Positions 1 through 21,639 of a stretch of DNA of 64,000 nt are shown piece by piece. Under the pieces are notes generated by a model, which was not told the origin of the DNA, did not search any database, and worked only from the letters and a program-made list of their open reading frames with translations. Location: contig OZ176051.1 in NCBI GenBank assembly GCA_964247055.1, positions 9,238,001 to 9,302,000 on the forward strand. The letters run 5' to 3'. Made by a program: the position numbers and the translations under genes. Within the stretch, counting starts at the first letter, position 1, and the number at the start of each line of letters is the position of its first letter. The DNA is from Paragordius varius. Lineage: Eukaryota > Animalia > Nematomorpha.

Positions 1-349
1 TATAAAACAAATTTGGTTAAATTTATAAAGTTTGTTTCTAAATAATTATATAATTGGTAAAAAATTAATATTATTATTATTTTTATAATTCTTTCAGTTT
101 TGGGTTTTTTGGATAGTGAATATAGCATTAATAAATTCATTTCGCATTTATACGTATAACTAATATATTCAATTCTGGTGAAAGTTTTAAATTTACGCTG
201 TTTCAGAACATAAATTTTTGCTTGAGATGAATATAATTTATTAAAATGAATATCTGTTACTATTCAAATATACCATAAATTCAAACATAATTGCAATATT
301 TAATGAGAATTATAAGGGACATATCAATAGTTAATACATATACCATTTA

Positions 350-662
350 CAATTTCACCCTACATTCACCCTTGAAAAATTCAAATTCACCCTCAAATAA
401 AATATATGTTTGAGTGATTAAAATTTATCTTTATTTTATATATTTTTAAAAAATAAAAATTTAATTTTAAATTAAAATAATACTAAAAAATAATAAGCTA
501 TACCATAAACATATATTTATTAATGAATTATATTAGTTCGAAAACACATAATTCATTTTTAGGGTAAATAATTGTTCAAAGATGAATTTGAATTGTTGAA
601 TTGCTCAAGGGTGAATTTGAATATTTCGAAGGTGAATTTGGATTGTTCAAGGGTGAATTTGA
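350..662. repeat. Inverted repeat built from ~21-bp TTCAAGGGTGAATTTG units (MITE-like); second copy near 33085-33330
   Basis: Left arm ...ttcacccttgaaaaattcaaattcaccc (~350-400) is the reverse complement of tandem ttgttcaagggtgaatttg units at ~560-662; the same arrangement occurs in an RTF1 intron at ~33085-33330. Confidence 0.6.
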
Positions 663-711
663 CTGTAAATAGTATATATATATATATATATATATAATTT
701 TTTTGCGACAG

Positions 712-9413
<8,702 letters not shown>

Positions 9414-11177
9414 TGAACCTTTTTTATTACAAAATCTGCAAAATTCGGCTTCCAAACATGCAAAAACAATGTAATAAGTTAGTTAAATTTTAATACAAGC
9501 GAGTGTATAACAATTTAATTATATTTTTTTATTTTTGCACAAACATCTGAAATGAATTATTTTGAACGGATTTTTATCACTTATTAATAAAAAAATATTT
9601 TTTTGCATTGCATTAAATTGAAATGTATTACACCCCACATTACCACATCCATCATAATAAGAAGTATCTAAAGTTTTTTTACACATATTTTATTTAGTAA
9701 ATTATAAGTTTATTGGAGTTTAATCCATATTCACTTTCCACATATAATAAATTATTACTCTAAGAAATTTGTCGCTAATATATTATATGATAAATATGTT
9801 TTATATAAGAAATTAAGGGTTTGTAACCCTCAGCATTAGCCTATTAAAAACCTTTCATCAAAATGTTTTGCTATTTTAGTCAATACACTAATGTCCGAAT
9901 TTTATCAACATATATATGGTAAATAGAATAAAATTTTTAGAGAAAATATACCAGGTATGTCAGTGAAATGTTCGGCATCCTATTTATTTGACAAACACGC
10001 CATTGTTCAACTATCGTTAAACGCAAAAGATACTCATTTTGATTGGCCAAAAACTAGCTTTTGATTTTTATCACGTAATCATGTTAAATTTTGCCTGAAA
10101 TAAAGATCGTTTGCTGCTATAGAGACATGTAGAACCATGCCATCGGTGAAACATGGTTTAAAACTCACCGGGCGCCATAGTTGAAGGGGCGCCGAATTTT
10201 CAAAAATCTTTGTTTTTACATATAAAATAACTATTTAAAAGTTATTATTTTAAATAATACATAAAAAAATCACCCATTTATGAGTATAATTTAAATTTTA
10301 TCATTTTTTTAAAATGCAAGGGGTTTCATGGAAGGAAGAGGGCGCCATCAGGGATTCATACACCAGGCGCCAGATATGCAACCTACGCCTTTTTACAAGA
10401 TGCGATGTTTTTTATAAATGCCTTATTTATAAATATATAATGGGGTAATCATTATGGATCTTTTCTAGGTGAAATGGTTATGGTTTATCGATGTCTTGAC
10501 CATTTCGCAATCTTAGGAATATAAGGAAGAAAAGTTTCAACAAAATGCATGCTAAAGAACGTTAGGTAACGAGCGTGTCTTCGGATAATGGACGAAAAGC
10601 TTTCCATTTTAGGAAATCGAAATAGTGTGCAAGATATAATTTTTAATGTGAAGTTCAATTCTTAGGAAATGAAGGAAACACATTTAACCTAAATAATATT
10701 CCTGATGAATTATTATCATTTACACAGCACAAGAATGCGAAGCGGTAAAAATATGGAGATATAACATAATGATTCGGCGCAGTTTGAGCATTAAACGGCT
10801 CGAAACTGTCAACAAAAATTATAAAGTATTAGATAATCTTGCATGACATGATATTGAGTATGTGTTTTTAAAATTCCAACATGTTTTACATATCGGAAAT
10901 GCTAAAAGCACTAAATCCATGTAAAAAACCTTGATAAATTTTAAACAATTAATTTCGTGTTGAATAAAGCTAATGTTTATCGAAATAACTTATGATTGCA
11001 ATTACGGCATGCATTTAAATGGTTATTTATTTCACACTATAGTTAAGTAATTCGCAGCACAGTTATGGAAAAAAGAAGGGAAAAATGTTTATTAATATTA
11101 TTGTTGTTTTATCCATACACTAACTACTGTGTTCGAATTGTCCAACTATGTGAAATAAGCAACCATTAAAATGCATA

Positions 11178-11217
<40 letters not shown>

Positions 11218-11959
11218 CATGACGTCCCGCTTTTGGCGGGATAGTCCCGATTTTTTACCCTTTATCCCGCTACTTTTTTTAAAAGTCCCAACTTTCAGAT
11301 TCCAGATAAATTTTATGTTACTCATTTAATTTTATTGATATAATTTATTTTAGATTTATAACAAAATGAGCACGAAAAGAGGATGTAAACTCACCGATTA
11401 TGTAAGAAGTTTTCTTATTAAAAAATCTAAAAAGGACTACAGAGTCAAATGTCAAACATGCAACTGCGAATTCACGATTTTGCACTGCGGAAAGAATAAT
11501 ATATCAAGCATTTGGAACCACAGAAACATGAAAGATGTTTTAATACTGCTGCATCATCTTTCAAAATGCCAGATTTTTTTATGGAGACGAAGAAAATGTT
11601 TTAGCATTAAACTTGTATCATTTCACGCTGTTAATACAATTTTTCCTTCAGATCTATAATTTGTACATCACAAGTTATCAGAAAGCTATTCAGCTAGAAC
11701 AAAGGGCGAGGCAATAGTATGTAATGTGCTTTCCCCATATGCATTTTCAGAAATAAAAAATAATTTACAAAAAATTAATTTTATATTTATATAATCTAAC
11801 GCATCTAATCATAAAGAAAGAAAATTATTTCCAACCATCATTAGATATTTTAATTCAGATTCTGGTGTTAAAATTAAAATTTTAGAATTTCTTTACCCGG
11901 TGAAAATCCTAAAATAATTTTTAGTTCTATGCCAAATACTCAAAATCTGCTTTCGTACA

Positions 11960-12125
11960 CCAGAAATACCAACTTTCATAAATAAACCGATAAAATCGCT
12001 TATATCATACAAATTAAATTGCGTCTCTACATCATACTCAAAGAAGAGACGCCGCCCACCCTTAAAAACTGTTGAAAACATTAATGTTAATGGGAAAAGA
12101 AGAAAGGGTCGACCATTCTTTTCTT
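11960..12125 (+). mobile_element. Possible 3' fragment of an RTE-like non-LTR retrotransposon
   Basis: Translates to ...LKTVENINVNGKRRKGRP, resembling the C-terminal GKRxxGRP motif of RTE-type ORFs; short and degenerate. Confidence 0.4.
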
Positions 12126-12129
12126 ATAA

Positions 12130-12768
12130 TCTATATATTTATAAAAATGGAAAATGCTGGCTTTGTGATCTGGTACAGGAAAACCGGTAGACCCATTCAA
12201 ATCCAAACTTCGAATAATTAATGAATGCCCCGACAATAGCTTCGCCCTTTTTTTGAAATAGGCCCCCAGTTCGGGCCCACCCCGTGTGAAAAACGGTTTT
12301 TTTGAAAACAGAAGTCCACAAAAATCGTGTCTTTGAGACAATTTTCTTGAGAACGTGTTGGTCCATTCTATTTCAAATATGATTTTTGTTTACTTATTTT
12401 CGATTGCGCCGAACATAGTCGAGTCACTTTTTTGATTTAGGCCCTCTTTTTACCCGCTCCCCCCGTAAAATGCCATTTTTTTCAAAAAACAAAGTCCACA
12501 AAAATAATTTTTTAAATCTATTTTTCGCCCTAGGTATGAGACCGTAAAAATTTAGTATGGATACGTGTTCCCTGTTAAAAGGCAAAAATTTTAGTCAGGT
12601 GTTTCTTTGATGATAGCTGCTGGGTAAGAAGCTTCCGGCTAAAAACTGATTCCTCATGTAACTTTATGATCTGGTACCGGTAAACCCAATCAAATCCAAA
12701 CTTCGTAACCCCCACCAGATGTCCGAAGGACTTCCTCGGGCTGCGTACCAGCACGAGATTTACGCTAG
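12130..12768 (+). mobile_element. Non-autonomous Helitron (complete termini)
   Basis: A|TCTATATATTTATAAAAATGG 5' end. The 3' end has hairpin CTCGGGCTG-cgtac-CAGCACGAG followed by ...CGCTAG|T. Inserted between A and T with no TSD. The 5' ~320 bp recurs in reverse at ~54240-54560. Confidence 0.8.
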
Positions 12769-13086
12769 TAATAATATAATAATGTACTTAAATCAACGTA
12801 ACATAACATTGTAAACATCGTAAGTTATGGCGGAATTACTTTGTGGTCACAAAACTCCGAATCTGGACTCCTAACATTTTCCACCCATTCTATAATTGAT
12901 ATTATGGCAAAAAATATTTAAAACAAAAATTATAGCACACTGTGCAGACAATACGAATACTATAAATCAAGAGGAGTATAGATAGTTAATCTACCGAGTT
13001 CCAGGTTGGATATATTAGTATTCCTAATTGGCAACAGAGACTATGAGAAACCCAAATTTTGTTGACAGTGTTTACCACGTGTCATA

Positions 13087-13130
13087 GTGTGAGACGCGTT
13101 TCGTCCTTTTTGTGGAATTATCAGCCACAC
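13087..13130 (-). ncRNA. Minimal type-I hammerhead ribozyme, degenerate copy
   Basis: Minus strand: GTGTGG CTGATAA TTCC acaaaaa GGAC GAAA CGCG TC TCACAC. GUC cleavage triplet is intact, but the core reads CUGAUAA (G8>A) and stem II has a mismatch. Confidence 0.75.
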
Positions 13131-13508
13131 ATAATGAACACGGGTAACACTGTCAGTTCAGGAATTGTATATATATTGAGTTTTAGAGAATTAGAAACCG
13201 AATAGAGTCGGGAAAATGAATATAATTGAGCTAAGAGTCCATATTGAACAACCCATTATACTAAAATTCAACCAAATATTATGACTCCTTATAATCCCAA
13301 AGCCAGGATTAAGCTTTTTATAATTAGAAAATCCGAAAATTTTTTGGCGAAGGCGATATCTCATTATAAGTTATAAATCAAGAGGAGTTAAATAGTTAGT
13401 CTCTAAGCTCTATAATATTCATTTTCCCGACTATATTCGGTTTCAAATTCTCTAAAACTCAATATATATACAATTCCTGAACTGACATTGTTAACCCGTG
13501 TTCATTAT

Positions 13509-13552
13509 GTGTGGCTGATGAGTCCACAAAAAGGACGAAACGCGTTTCACAC
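13509..13552 (+). ncRNA. Minimal type-I hammerhead ribozyme
   Basis: GTGTGG CTGATGA GTCC acaaaaa GGAC GAAA CGCG TT TCACAC: complete CUGAUGA/GAAA core, 4-bp stem II, palindromic CGCG stem III, GUU triplet, stem I GTGTGG/TCACAC. Confidence 0.88.
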
Positions 13553-14451
13553 TATGACACATGGTAAACACTGTCAACAAAATTTGGGTTTCCCATAGTC
13601 TCTGTTGCTAATTAGGATATACTAATATATCCAACCTGCAACTCGGTAGACTAATTATCTATAGTCCTCTTGATTTATAACTTATAAGGAGATGGCGCCT
13701 TCGCCTAAAAAATATCTGATTTTCTAATACGAATACTAATTTGGGAGGAAAGCGAGAAGAGTCACAAAAAATATTTTTTATAAATTAGCGAAAGATCTGA
13801 ATCAAAATATTATTGGTGTTGAATGTGCAGCGCATATAACGCTATTCAAACAGCTGCTGACTTGTTACCAGTAGATGTGGAAAATATTGTTGTTAAAAAA
13901 TATTCTTATTTCTATATATATTCTGTACGCGTTAAGATGCTTAAAGAATTTTGTGATAATGCGTAAATACTTGGATACTGTAAAACGCGTTCGTTAGCTC
14001 TTCTGCCAGCTATCGAAAGAATTAAAAATTATCCCTTAAAATCCCATTTTCTATCGTAGGACATATCTCCTACATTTTTAGAAATTTTTTTTGAACTAAA
14101 ACTTTATCAATATGGCTAGAGTTTCTAAAAAATCAAGCTGGTCTTTTTCCAAATTTCATTAAATTTATTGAAGGTGACAAATTATCAACCGAAGTAGCAA
14201 ATGAAGTTAATAATTTAAAATACCAATGTGAAGAGAGGTTAAATAATTTTCTGCCATTTACTATTCGCAATAGTATAAACGAGTTTGAAGAGCAAGGTGC
14301 CACCGCATGATATCAACCTTATAAAAAGGTTTTATACCAACTGCAAAGATTATTTAGAAAGCTGGGTACAATTCGATGATAATTGACATTTTTATTAGAA
14401 TACATTAAAACCAGAATTCACTTGGTAAGATGTTCAAAAATTTTTTTATTA

Positions 14452-15570
14452 CACTGTGTGAAAAAAAATTTTAACAATATTTTTTTCATGAGATAGCTTG
14501 TGGCCAACGTATTCATTTGCCGAAATTTTACGACATAGTTAAAATATTGAGAGAAAATCAAAATCGGGGAAAAAGTGAAAATTACGAATAATAAAGAATA
14601 ATATAAAAAATAATGATAAAAGTTGAGATATTATGGTTTAGTATCATTTTAGCATATTTTTTCAATATAAAATAGCCTAAAATTATATAGTCCGGGTTGC
14701 TATAAAAAATCAGCTCAAAAGATGGCGTTTTTCTTTAAAACACATAAAAGACAAAAAACTTTTTATGAAACTATAAATTATTTTTTTAATTATTTACTAG
14801 CTAAACTCACTATTTAAATCTTAATATTCATATTTTATTCAATATTCTATATCAAAATAAAACTAAAAAATATTGTTTTTTATTTTTTCCTTTTTTTGTC
14901 ATCTTGTTTACGAGTATAAATTTTTTTTACTGTTTTTGGAGTTTTACATAAGTGGAAATTATTAAGTATATTTATGCAAAACAGGATTTAACAGTAGTGG
15001 AAGGTCAACAAAAATCCGTACATATCCCAGTAAAAATATGAATTAGTGTTAAAACAAACTTTTTACAGAATTTGTAAGGATTGTTGGATGATATTCCACT
15101 ACTAAATCTTATCTTGCATAAATTATATGATTTATTCCCACTCATGTAAGATTCCAAAACAAAACAGAATAAATTTTTTATAGACACATAAACCACATGA
15201 CAAAAAATGAAAAAAAAAACAATATTATTTTTATTGTGATATATAAGTTTTTTTACTGAATAAAATATAATGTTTAGATAATTGTAAGTATATCTAGTAA
15301 ATATTAAAAAAATTATTTTAATATAGTTGCATAAATTTTTTTATCCTTTATGTGTGTTAGAGAAAAACGCCATCTTTTAAGATGAGATTTTATAGCAACC
15401 CTAATTATATGATATTAGGCTTTTTATATATTGAAAATATCCTAAAATGATACAAAACCATAATATCTCATTTATTGTTAATTTTTAATTTTTGCCCGAT
15501 TTTATATTAATATTTCGAAAACTAGGGTCAACAAATTAAGTTTTTGCGGCAAATGAATTCGCTGGTCATA
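14452..15570. mobile_element. ~1.2-kb palindromic MITE (CAC...GTG termini, Chapaev/CMC-like), right terminus deleted
   Basis: Starts tta|cactgtgtgaaaaaaa; long inverted arms; homologous to 27011-28219 and 37168-38408. Confidence 0.75.
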
Positions 15571-16579
15571 ATCATTGGTTAAAAAATACATTGATAAGGA
15601 AAAGCTCAAATATTGGGCATCAGAAAAAATAACAGCAGAGGACAAATGGTTAAAATATTTCATTATTTTGAAACAACTAAGTTTCTTGAATGTTTTAAAA
15701 ATTTGGGAAAAAATAAAAATTAAATGTTTAATGAAAGCCATTTTATGTGTCAAATATAATTTAACAAATTCTTGTGATATATTAAAAAAGTATAACAACC
15801 TACTCAAACAAAACTCAATAAAAAATATATTAAGGAATGAAATATTATACATTTTTTATACTTATAAATAGTATTATTTAAAAAATAAAAAAATATTACG
15901 ATATTTGTTAGAAAATTGATAGTAACCCCCTCTGTTCATCAGTGTTGACCCGCTTTTTCCATTTAAAAATCTGGCCCTACTACATATATAGCACTTCATT
16001 TTGTTAATAATATGGATAGCTTATATTTTAACGAGTTTTAGAAGTGTCATTAGCCAGTCTATATAAAACTATTTGCAAAAATAATTATTCATTGTTGTTG
16101 ATATTTAAATTTCTGATTTCTACTAATTATCTGAAATTTTGAATGTGCATGGACCATTTAAATTTCGTATTTACAACAATAAAGGTTGCTCTATTATCAC
16201 CAAAATAACCTAGATACTTAAATGGAAAAATTATTAAAACTTCCACTGATTTAAAAATTTATAAGTGAAAAAACTAATTTTTTTGACAAAATTTTGGTAT
16301 CCGACGTCGTATAAATTCTATTTATGTGTTACGTTTGGATAAACTTAATGTCAACTATGCAATGGTTTTAATTATTGTATAAGATATTAAAAAGAACAGT
16401 ATCTTAATTGAAATATATTGTGCCGAATATAGTAAATCTCAAACATTTGTTCCTAAAAAATATTTTAACAACTATAAACTACCAAACACACATATTAAAT
16501 ATGATAATGCTACTATTTATTTTATTATGGAAAAAACTACAATATTAATTAATTGTATAATTTAATTTGCTAGACAATT

Positions 16580-17988
16580 TCAATACAATGGATTAGCGTA
16601 TTTGCCTTTAATGAGAACGGCTTCATTGTGTTTCACCACATAATATAAAAACGGCCTATCAATCACAAGCGTAGAATGTTGGATATCGTCTGTTTTTTCA
16701 TTCTTAGCGTTTAATTGATTGTCATTAGGTAGGGGTGTATTAGTTCCCGATAAAGTTGTTTTCATTAACGTGGCTTGAACACTTTGAGTCAAATTCAACG
16801 TCTGGTATTCTAACACTTTATCCATTTTGCTGAAAAATAAAATGATAAAAATTAATACAATTCATATATGAATTATTTGATAAAAAAAGTGAAAAAAAGA
16901 GCTTACCCTGAATGGCAAGTGTGAAGGTGTTTGCTTAAGACTTGGATAATATCCAATTCTCCCATTATATCAATGCTGGGCATCGAAAATTCCTTAAATG
17001 TTTCGTATTTTTTACCCTTTATGTCGCTTAAAAAATTGGGATTTTTTTCGATCAGATTTTCAAGGTCCATCAATGTGTTGAACTTTAGTGCTTTGGAGGG
17101 CATTACAATTATTAATCGATAAGATTTTATTTCAAAGGGTAAAATGTAAACTGTGGCGTTGTTTAATTTGGGTGAATTAAATTTGAGCAATTTCATGTTT
17201 GTGCCAACCAAAATTGGTACATCACGGATTCCTGATGTCGTGGGAAAGGAGTGCTTTTCAATTCTATAATTATACATTTATAAAGCTTTTATTTCAAAAG
17301 GGAGTTAAAACGCTAAATTTTTCAAAATCTATAGACAGATTATAATAGACCCTAAATTTATATAAAATTCTTATCAACATTTCTCAAATTACCTCTGAAA
17401 TTTTTGTGACCAGTCTAGATCAAGTGTCAGCACAGAAACGGGAAACAAAGTGGTATTATAGGGTAATGGCTCAACTATATCTTGCAATTGTCCGTTCGTA
17501 GCATCTTCGATTTCGGTATTGATTATGTCATAAGCACCTGTCTCAAAATTGAGTTGTTCAACTTTTGCTCCGAAACGGGACAAGGCATTTACAAACTTTT
17601 GGTTATTGTTAGATTCTACGGGTACGTAGATGGCATTAAACAATTTTGTATATCCAGTCTTTTTGCCAGCATAGAGTACATTAAAAACTGCTCGATTTAC
17701 TTCACGTGGCGTCATTAGTCCGAATGAAGGGATGTTAGGGCAACTGCTACCAAAATTTATCATAGTCAATGCCGTTTGAAGGGTTAACGGAGAAAAAACG
17801 TAATCTTCGTCCATGTTAGTACTATGATTCATAGATTCGTGAATCATTTTGGTCATTACACTGGCCCATTTTATTTGATTTTGAAAGGTTTGTGGGGCAA
17901 GAGGCTGATTCTTAGCAAAAACTGTGGAATATAATTGACCCCAACAGCAGAAATACAAAATGAGTATGCTGAAAAGGGAACAAATCAT
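16580..17988 (-). CDS. Secreted serpin (400 aa, 3 exons), probably non-inhibitory
   Basis: Exons 17988-17393, 17263-16907 and 16829-16580, GT-AG and in phase. Hydrophobic N-terminal signal (MICSLFSILILYFCCWGQLYSTVFA). Serpin motifs: DYVFSPLTLQTALTMI, YDIINTEIEDATNGQL, LDLDWSQKF, VYILPF, FSMPSI, LVIDRPFLYYV, KGKYANP. Confidence 0.88.
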
Positions 17989-18503
17989 TTTAATTTCTAA
18001 AAACAAGTTAAAGCAAATTCAGTTTTTTGTATGGATACAGAAATGGTTATTTAAAAATTATATAAAAAAATCATCCTTTATATATTTTTTCGTGCCTATC
18101 TTTTGGGTTAAAGATTCAGTTGTGATTAATCTGGTTTATGTTGGTTCTAGATAATTTATTTTGAAATTTTAAAAACTTATTTGCTAAAAACCAGTTTATT
18201 CCAAATCATTTAATTAACAATATAAAATGAGCCATATTTTAAACAAATAATCTACTGAGAAAAGTAAATATAGATGAATTGCGTAAATGAAATTATAGGT
18301 ATTGTTATATTTTCGCGCTATTGGGAAATAAACTAATTTCATAACCTTCTAAAAATCGAGTTTTCATGATCAATATATTTTTACCATTTTTTTCAATCAG
18401 TTAACGTCATACCAACACCTAATAAGCGTGTACATTTGTACAAGTCAATACGCTTCTAAACTCAATGTATTTTTATAATAAATGATAAATGTAGAGTTAA
18501 AAG

Positions 18504-18793
18504 CAGGACTGCCCAACCCATATGGCTATGCCGCATTCAAAAAATGAAAATTAAAATATTTTATTTTAAACGTAAGAAACTGTAAAAAAACCAACACAGT
18601 ATATACTTTTTCAACAATTTTAGCTAGCTCGTTGCCAAGAAAAGACTTAATGAGAATTTTGTTTAAGAAATATCAACGTTAGTAATGTAAATAGCACATT
18701 TTTGCAAATTATTTTTGATTTTTATGGTAATTTATCCAATTTTTTTACCCCCAGCTAATTAATTTTAGAGGGGCCGCATGTTGGACACCGCTG
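18504..18793. mobile_element. Degenerate Buster/Charlie-type hAT MITE
   Basis: caggactgcccaaccc...ggccgcatgttggacaccgctg termini. Similar 5'-end remnants at ~5610 and ~35448. TSD not convincing. Confidence 0.4.
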
Positions 18794-20045
18794 GTTTACA
18801 CCGACCTTAAGTTTGACTACACTAATTATTATTAATCCCTAGTGTATAGATATAACAAATTAGAAAAAAAATTTTTTATCATCAATATTTAAAAAAGGCA
18901 GAATGTCCCAAAAAAACTTTGGGCCACTGTGCAAAGGATACGTGACTATCACCAAAATCAATATACATGCAAATATAACAAAAACATTTTAGTAGCATTT
19001 GACCTTTACTGCTTTTATATACAAATTTTTTTGCCACTTTCAGGAATAAACAAGATTTTAAGTAACTATTAGTTTTTGTTTTAATTATAGGTTTTCTAAA
19101 CTATCCTAAACCTGAATATATCATTATATTTCCTAGGCGTGCACCCCTTTCATATAACAATGACAAAACAAAGGGATCAAAAGCATTTTTATATTACATA
19201 TTTGTCCAAATAAGCTAATAAATGTTAATAAAAGAGTTAAATTGAACGGCACAAAGCCAGACTTGGAATACATAATAACTAAACGCATAAAGCTGTGATT
19301 AAAATTATTTATAAAATTTCCGGGTATTCGTTGTTGTTGGTATCGATTTGTATTTTATAAATTCTTTTTTCTTCTACTAACATACAAAGCGTTCCTATCG
19401 TCGAAAATAATTATTCATTAGAGTTTACGTACCGCTGTAGTTGCCGATATGGAGTGCGGCACGATTAAAAAAGTGTTTTTTTACAATCCATTTTTTTCCG
19501 GTAAGGGACGCCAATTATTGCTTGTTTTCTTATCTAATAAACCTTGATCTTCTGCCCCTTTATATATTAGAACGGTATTATATGCACTATTTTATTTAAT
19601 GGTTTGTCAAACTAAAATAAACTTTAGCAAACTAACAAAAAACTCAATGCTGAAAACAGGAAAAAATTTAAAGATTTCGGAAACACGTGATTTGTATCAC
19701 TCGGAAGTAAATTCTTAATATTGTTATCTAAAATCAGGTATTTACATTTTATTTCTGGTAAATAAAGTTTGGTAATCTGTATTATGATAACGACTATCAA
19801 TGTTAATACTTTCTGCTTAATATTAATTATTAAATTACTATAATATCCATATTATATAAGCAGGTTGCTATCCGATTTTACCTGATCTCTATTGCTTTCG
19901 AGAGGGATTTTACGAAGTGATAAAGAATTAACATATGCTATAAATAGTTTCTCAAAATTGTGGATATTACTCAATGCTCATAATATGAATATTCTGATAA
20001 AAAAATGTATCAATATAATCGTTTTTAACTTAGGGACTAATTTAA

Positions 20046-20267
20046 CACTTCGATTCAAATTGAGGTCCCAGCCAAAGTTTAATTTGATATTTGTGAACTA
20101 CTGAAAGAAACGGTTCCAAATTTAAATTTATGCTTCTATCATAAAAATTGTATAAAATAACTAACATCAACATTTTTAATATTTTTTTTAATTTCGGTTT
20201 ATAATGTTATATAAGTGCAAACTTTTGGCATTACAAAGGACTGAAATGAATGTGTAGTATTTAAGTG
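20046..20267. mobile_element. Short piggyBac-like MITE (TTAA flanks)
   Basis: TTAA|CACTTCGATTCAAATTG ... tagtatttAAGTG|TTAA; both ends match the family at 36088-41825 and 42449-43020. Confidence 0.6.
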
Positions 20268-21639
20268 TTAAGACAGATTCTTTCCATATAGTCATTGCAA
20301 AATGGGAAAATATTAACGATTATATATAAAAAATTAGTATTAGGAATCAGCTATATAATCTTTATTTTTATTAGACAAATATTTACTCCATATTCTTTGA
20401 TACTTTTTTTCAAAAAAGTATTAAATTATTTTTTAAATTTATACTAATGAATTTTTTGATTATGTTAAGTTAGCAAGTAACCACAGGGCCTAATATTACG
20501 GCCGGATCTGCTTTAACAGATTTTTTTATGTGGTGTTAACACAAAGTAGGACCATATCCAAAGTTACAGTCATTTACAAATTTAAATGCCATTACGAGTC
20601 AATCATCAAAACCAATTATTGAATCCATGTAATACTATAACAGATACTCGGAATAATTGCTTTGAAGCCAAGTTATCACGACGTTTTTTATGTGAGAGGG
20701 TGGGTGATCTACTCAGTGATTAATATAAAGCCACCAACTGAAATTATTGTTTTGCGTCCATCCTATAATAAATCATACCTACTTTTTCCAAGCAATTAGA
20801 TATTGAATCTGTCGACTAAGACACTACAAACCATTATTTTTAGAATTATTTTTACAAATAGAGTTTCCGTTTTACCGGGGTAGTTAGGGTAAAATCATTG
20901 TTAGGCAACAGATACTATACCAAATTGCATAGAAAAGCTGCTTTTTATATATACAACTGTGAGGCCTGTCATTTACTTCCGGTATGATAAACACTTTAAT
21001 TCTACGAATTTTATAGTTTAAAACTCTTGAAATATATAATATTTGTTATCCTAAATATTTAACGTCTATCCATAAATCTCCAATACACTTCTTATTACAC
21101 ACTGATTAAACAATGCCTTAGATAATCTAGCAACTAATTACAACAATATAGCTAAACTACACCGTGGTTTACTTATGATTATAATGACTTTGTTCTTGCC
21201 TTAATAACGCTTAAGCTGGGAAAAAAATGGTGTAATTTCTTAGTTCACAAAAAATTGCCAATAACGCGGACTTATATAAACCGCACTTCGGTACCATACT
21301 ATTACATACAAAATCACTAGATATCACTATCATCCAGGCTTACGCCCCCACAAGTACATCAGACGAAGCTAATATATTAAAATTTTGTACCGAATTACAA
21401 CCAGCAACATTCAAACTTAAAAAAACTTTTGATTATTTTTGGAATTTAAATGAAAAAATTGGAACATCAATATAAAGAATCTGCGGTGGTAAAGGACTGG
21501 CTGAGCTTAACGTCAATAGCGAAATTTTAATAAATTTATGTATCAGCAACAATTTATTTGTATGAAATCTTACTCAACCTAAGTGAAAACTCATATACCA
21601 TTAGAGACCAAGACATGAATCCAATTCGATTATATATAT

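Larger units (their letters stand above)
12962..13725. mobile_element. Penelope-like element (pLTR) / retrozyme-like remnant with inverted arms and two hammerhead ribozymes
   Basis: Flanked by the 12-bp direct repeat AATACGAATACT (12950-12961, 13726-13737), which restores the host transposase frame (ADNTNTN) when the insert is removed. Arm 12962-~13237 is inverted at ~13401-13680; 13323-13398 is inverted at ~13655-13725. No RT or GIY-YIG ORF seen, so the Penelope assignment is an inference from the ribozyme type. Confidence 0.75.
11221..15979 (+). mobile_element. Heavily decayed hAT (Blackjack-like) element, same family as 56640-59972, interrupted by several nested insertions
   Basis: Starts gacgtcccgcttttggcggga (subterminal motif of the family). 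Transposase remnants at 11366-11930, ~12850-12961, 13726-14450 and 15570-15870 (ADNTNTN.GGK, IQTAADLLP, VKYNLTNSC). Ends cccgctttttccatttaaaaatctggcccta. Confidence 0.8.

Noticed and set aside
671-696. (TA)n microsatellites here and at many intron edges
   Set aside because: Ordinary in an AT-rich genome.
10702-10740. Other CTGATGA hits as hammerheads (10702, ~26547, ~39419 minus)
   Set aside because: No stem II followed by GAAA and no closing stems.
10480-11050. Possible hAT (Tip100-like) transposase remnant
   Set aside because: Too degraded to recover a convincing motif.
11893-12366. Short minus-strand ORFs over the Helitron (also 53201-53449, 54247-54456)
   Set aside because: No Rep or helicase motifs; chance ORFs in GC-richer repeat sequence.
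19449-19500. MECGTIKKVFFYNPFFS|gtaagg as a coding first exon of RTF1
   Set aside because: Phase 1 is incompatible with the 26022 acceptor (immediate stop); kept only as a possible non-coding exon.
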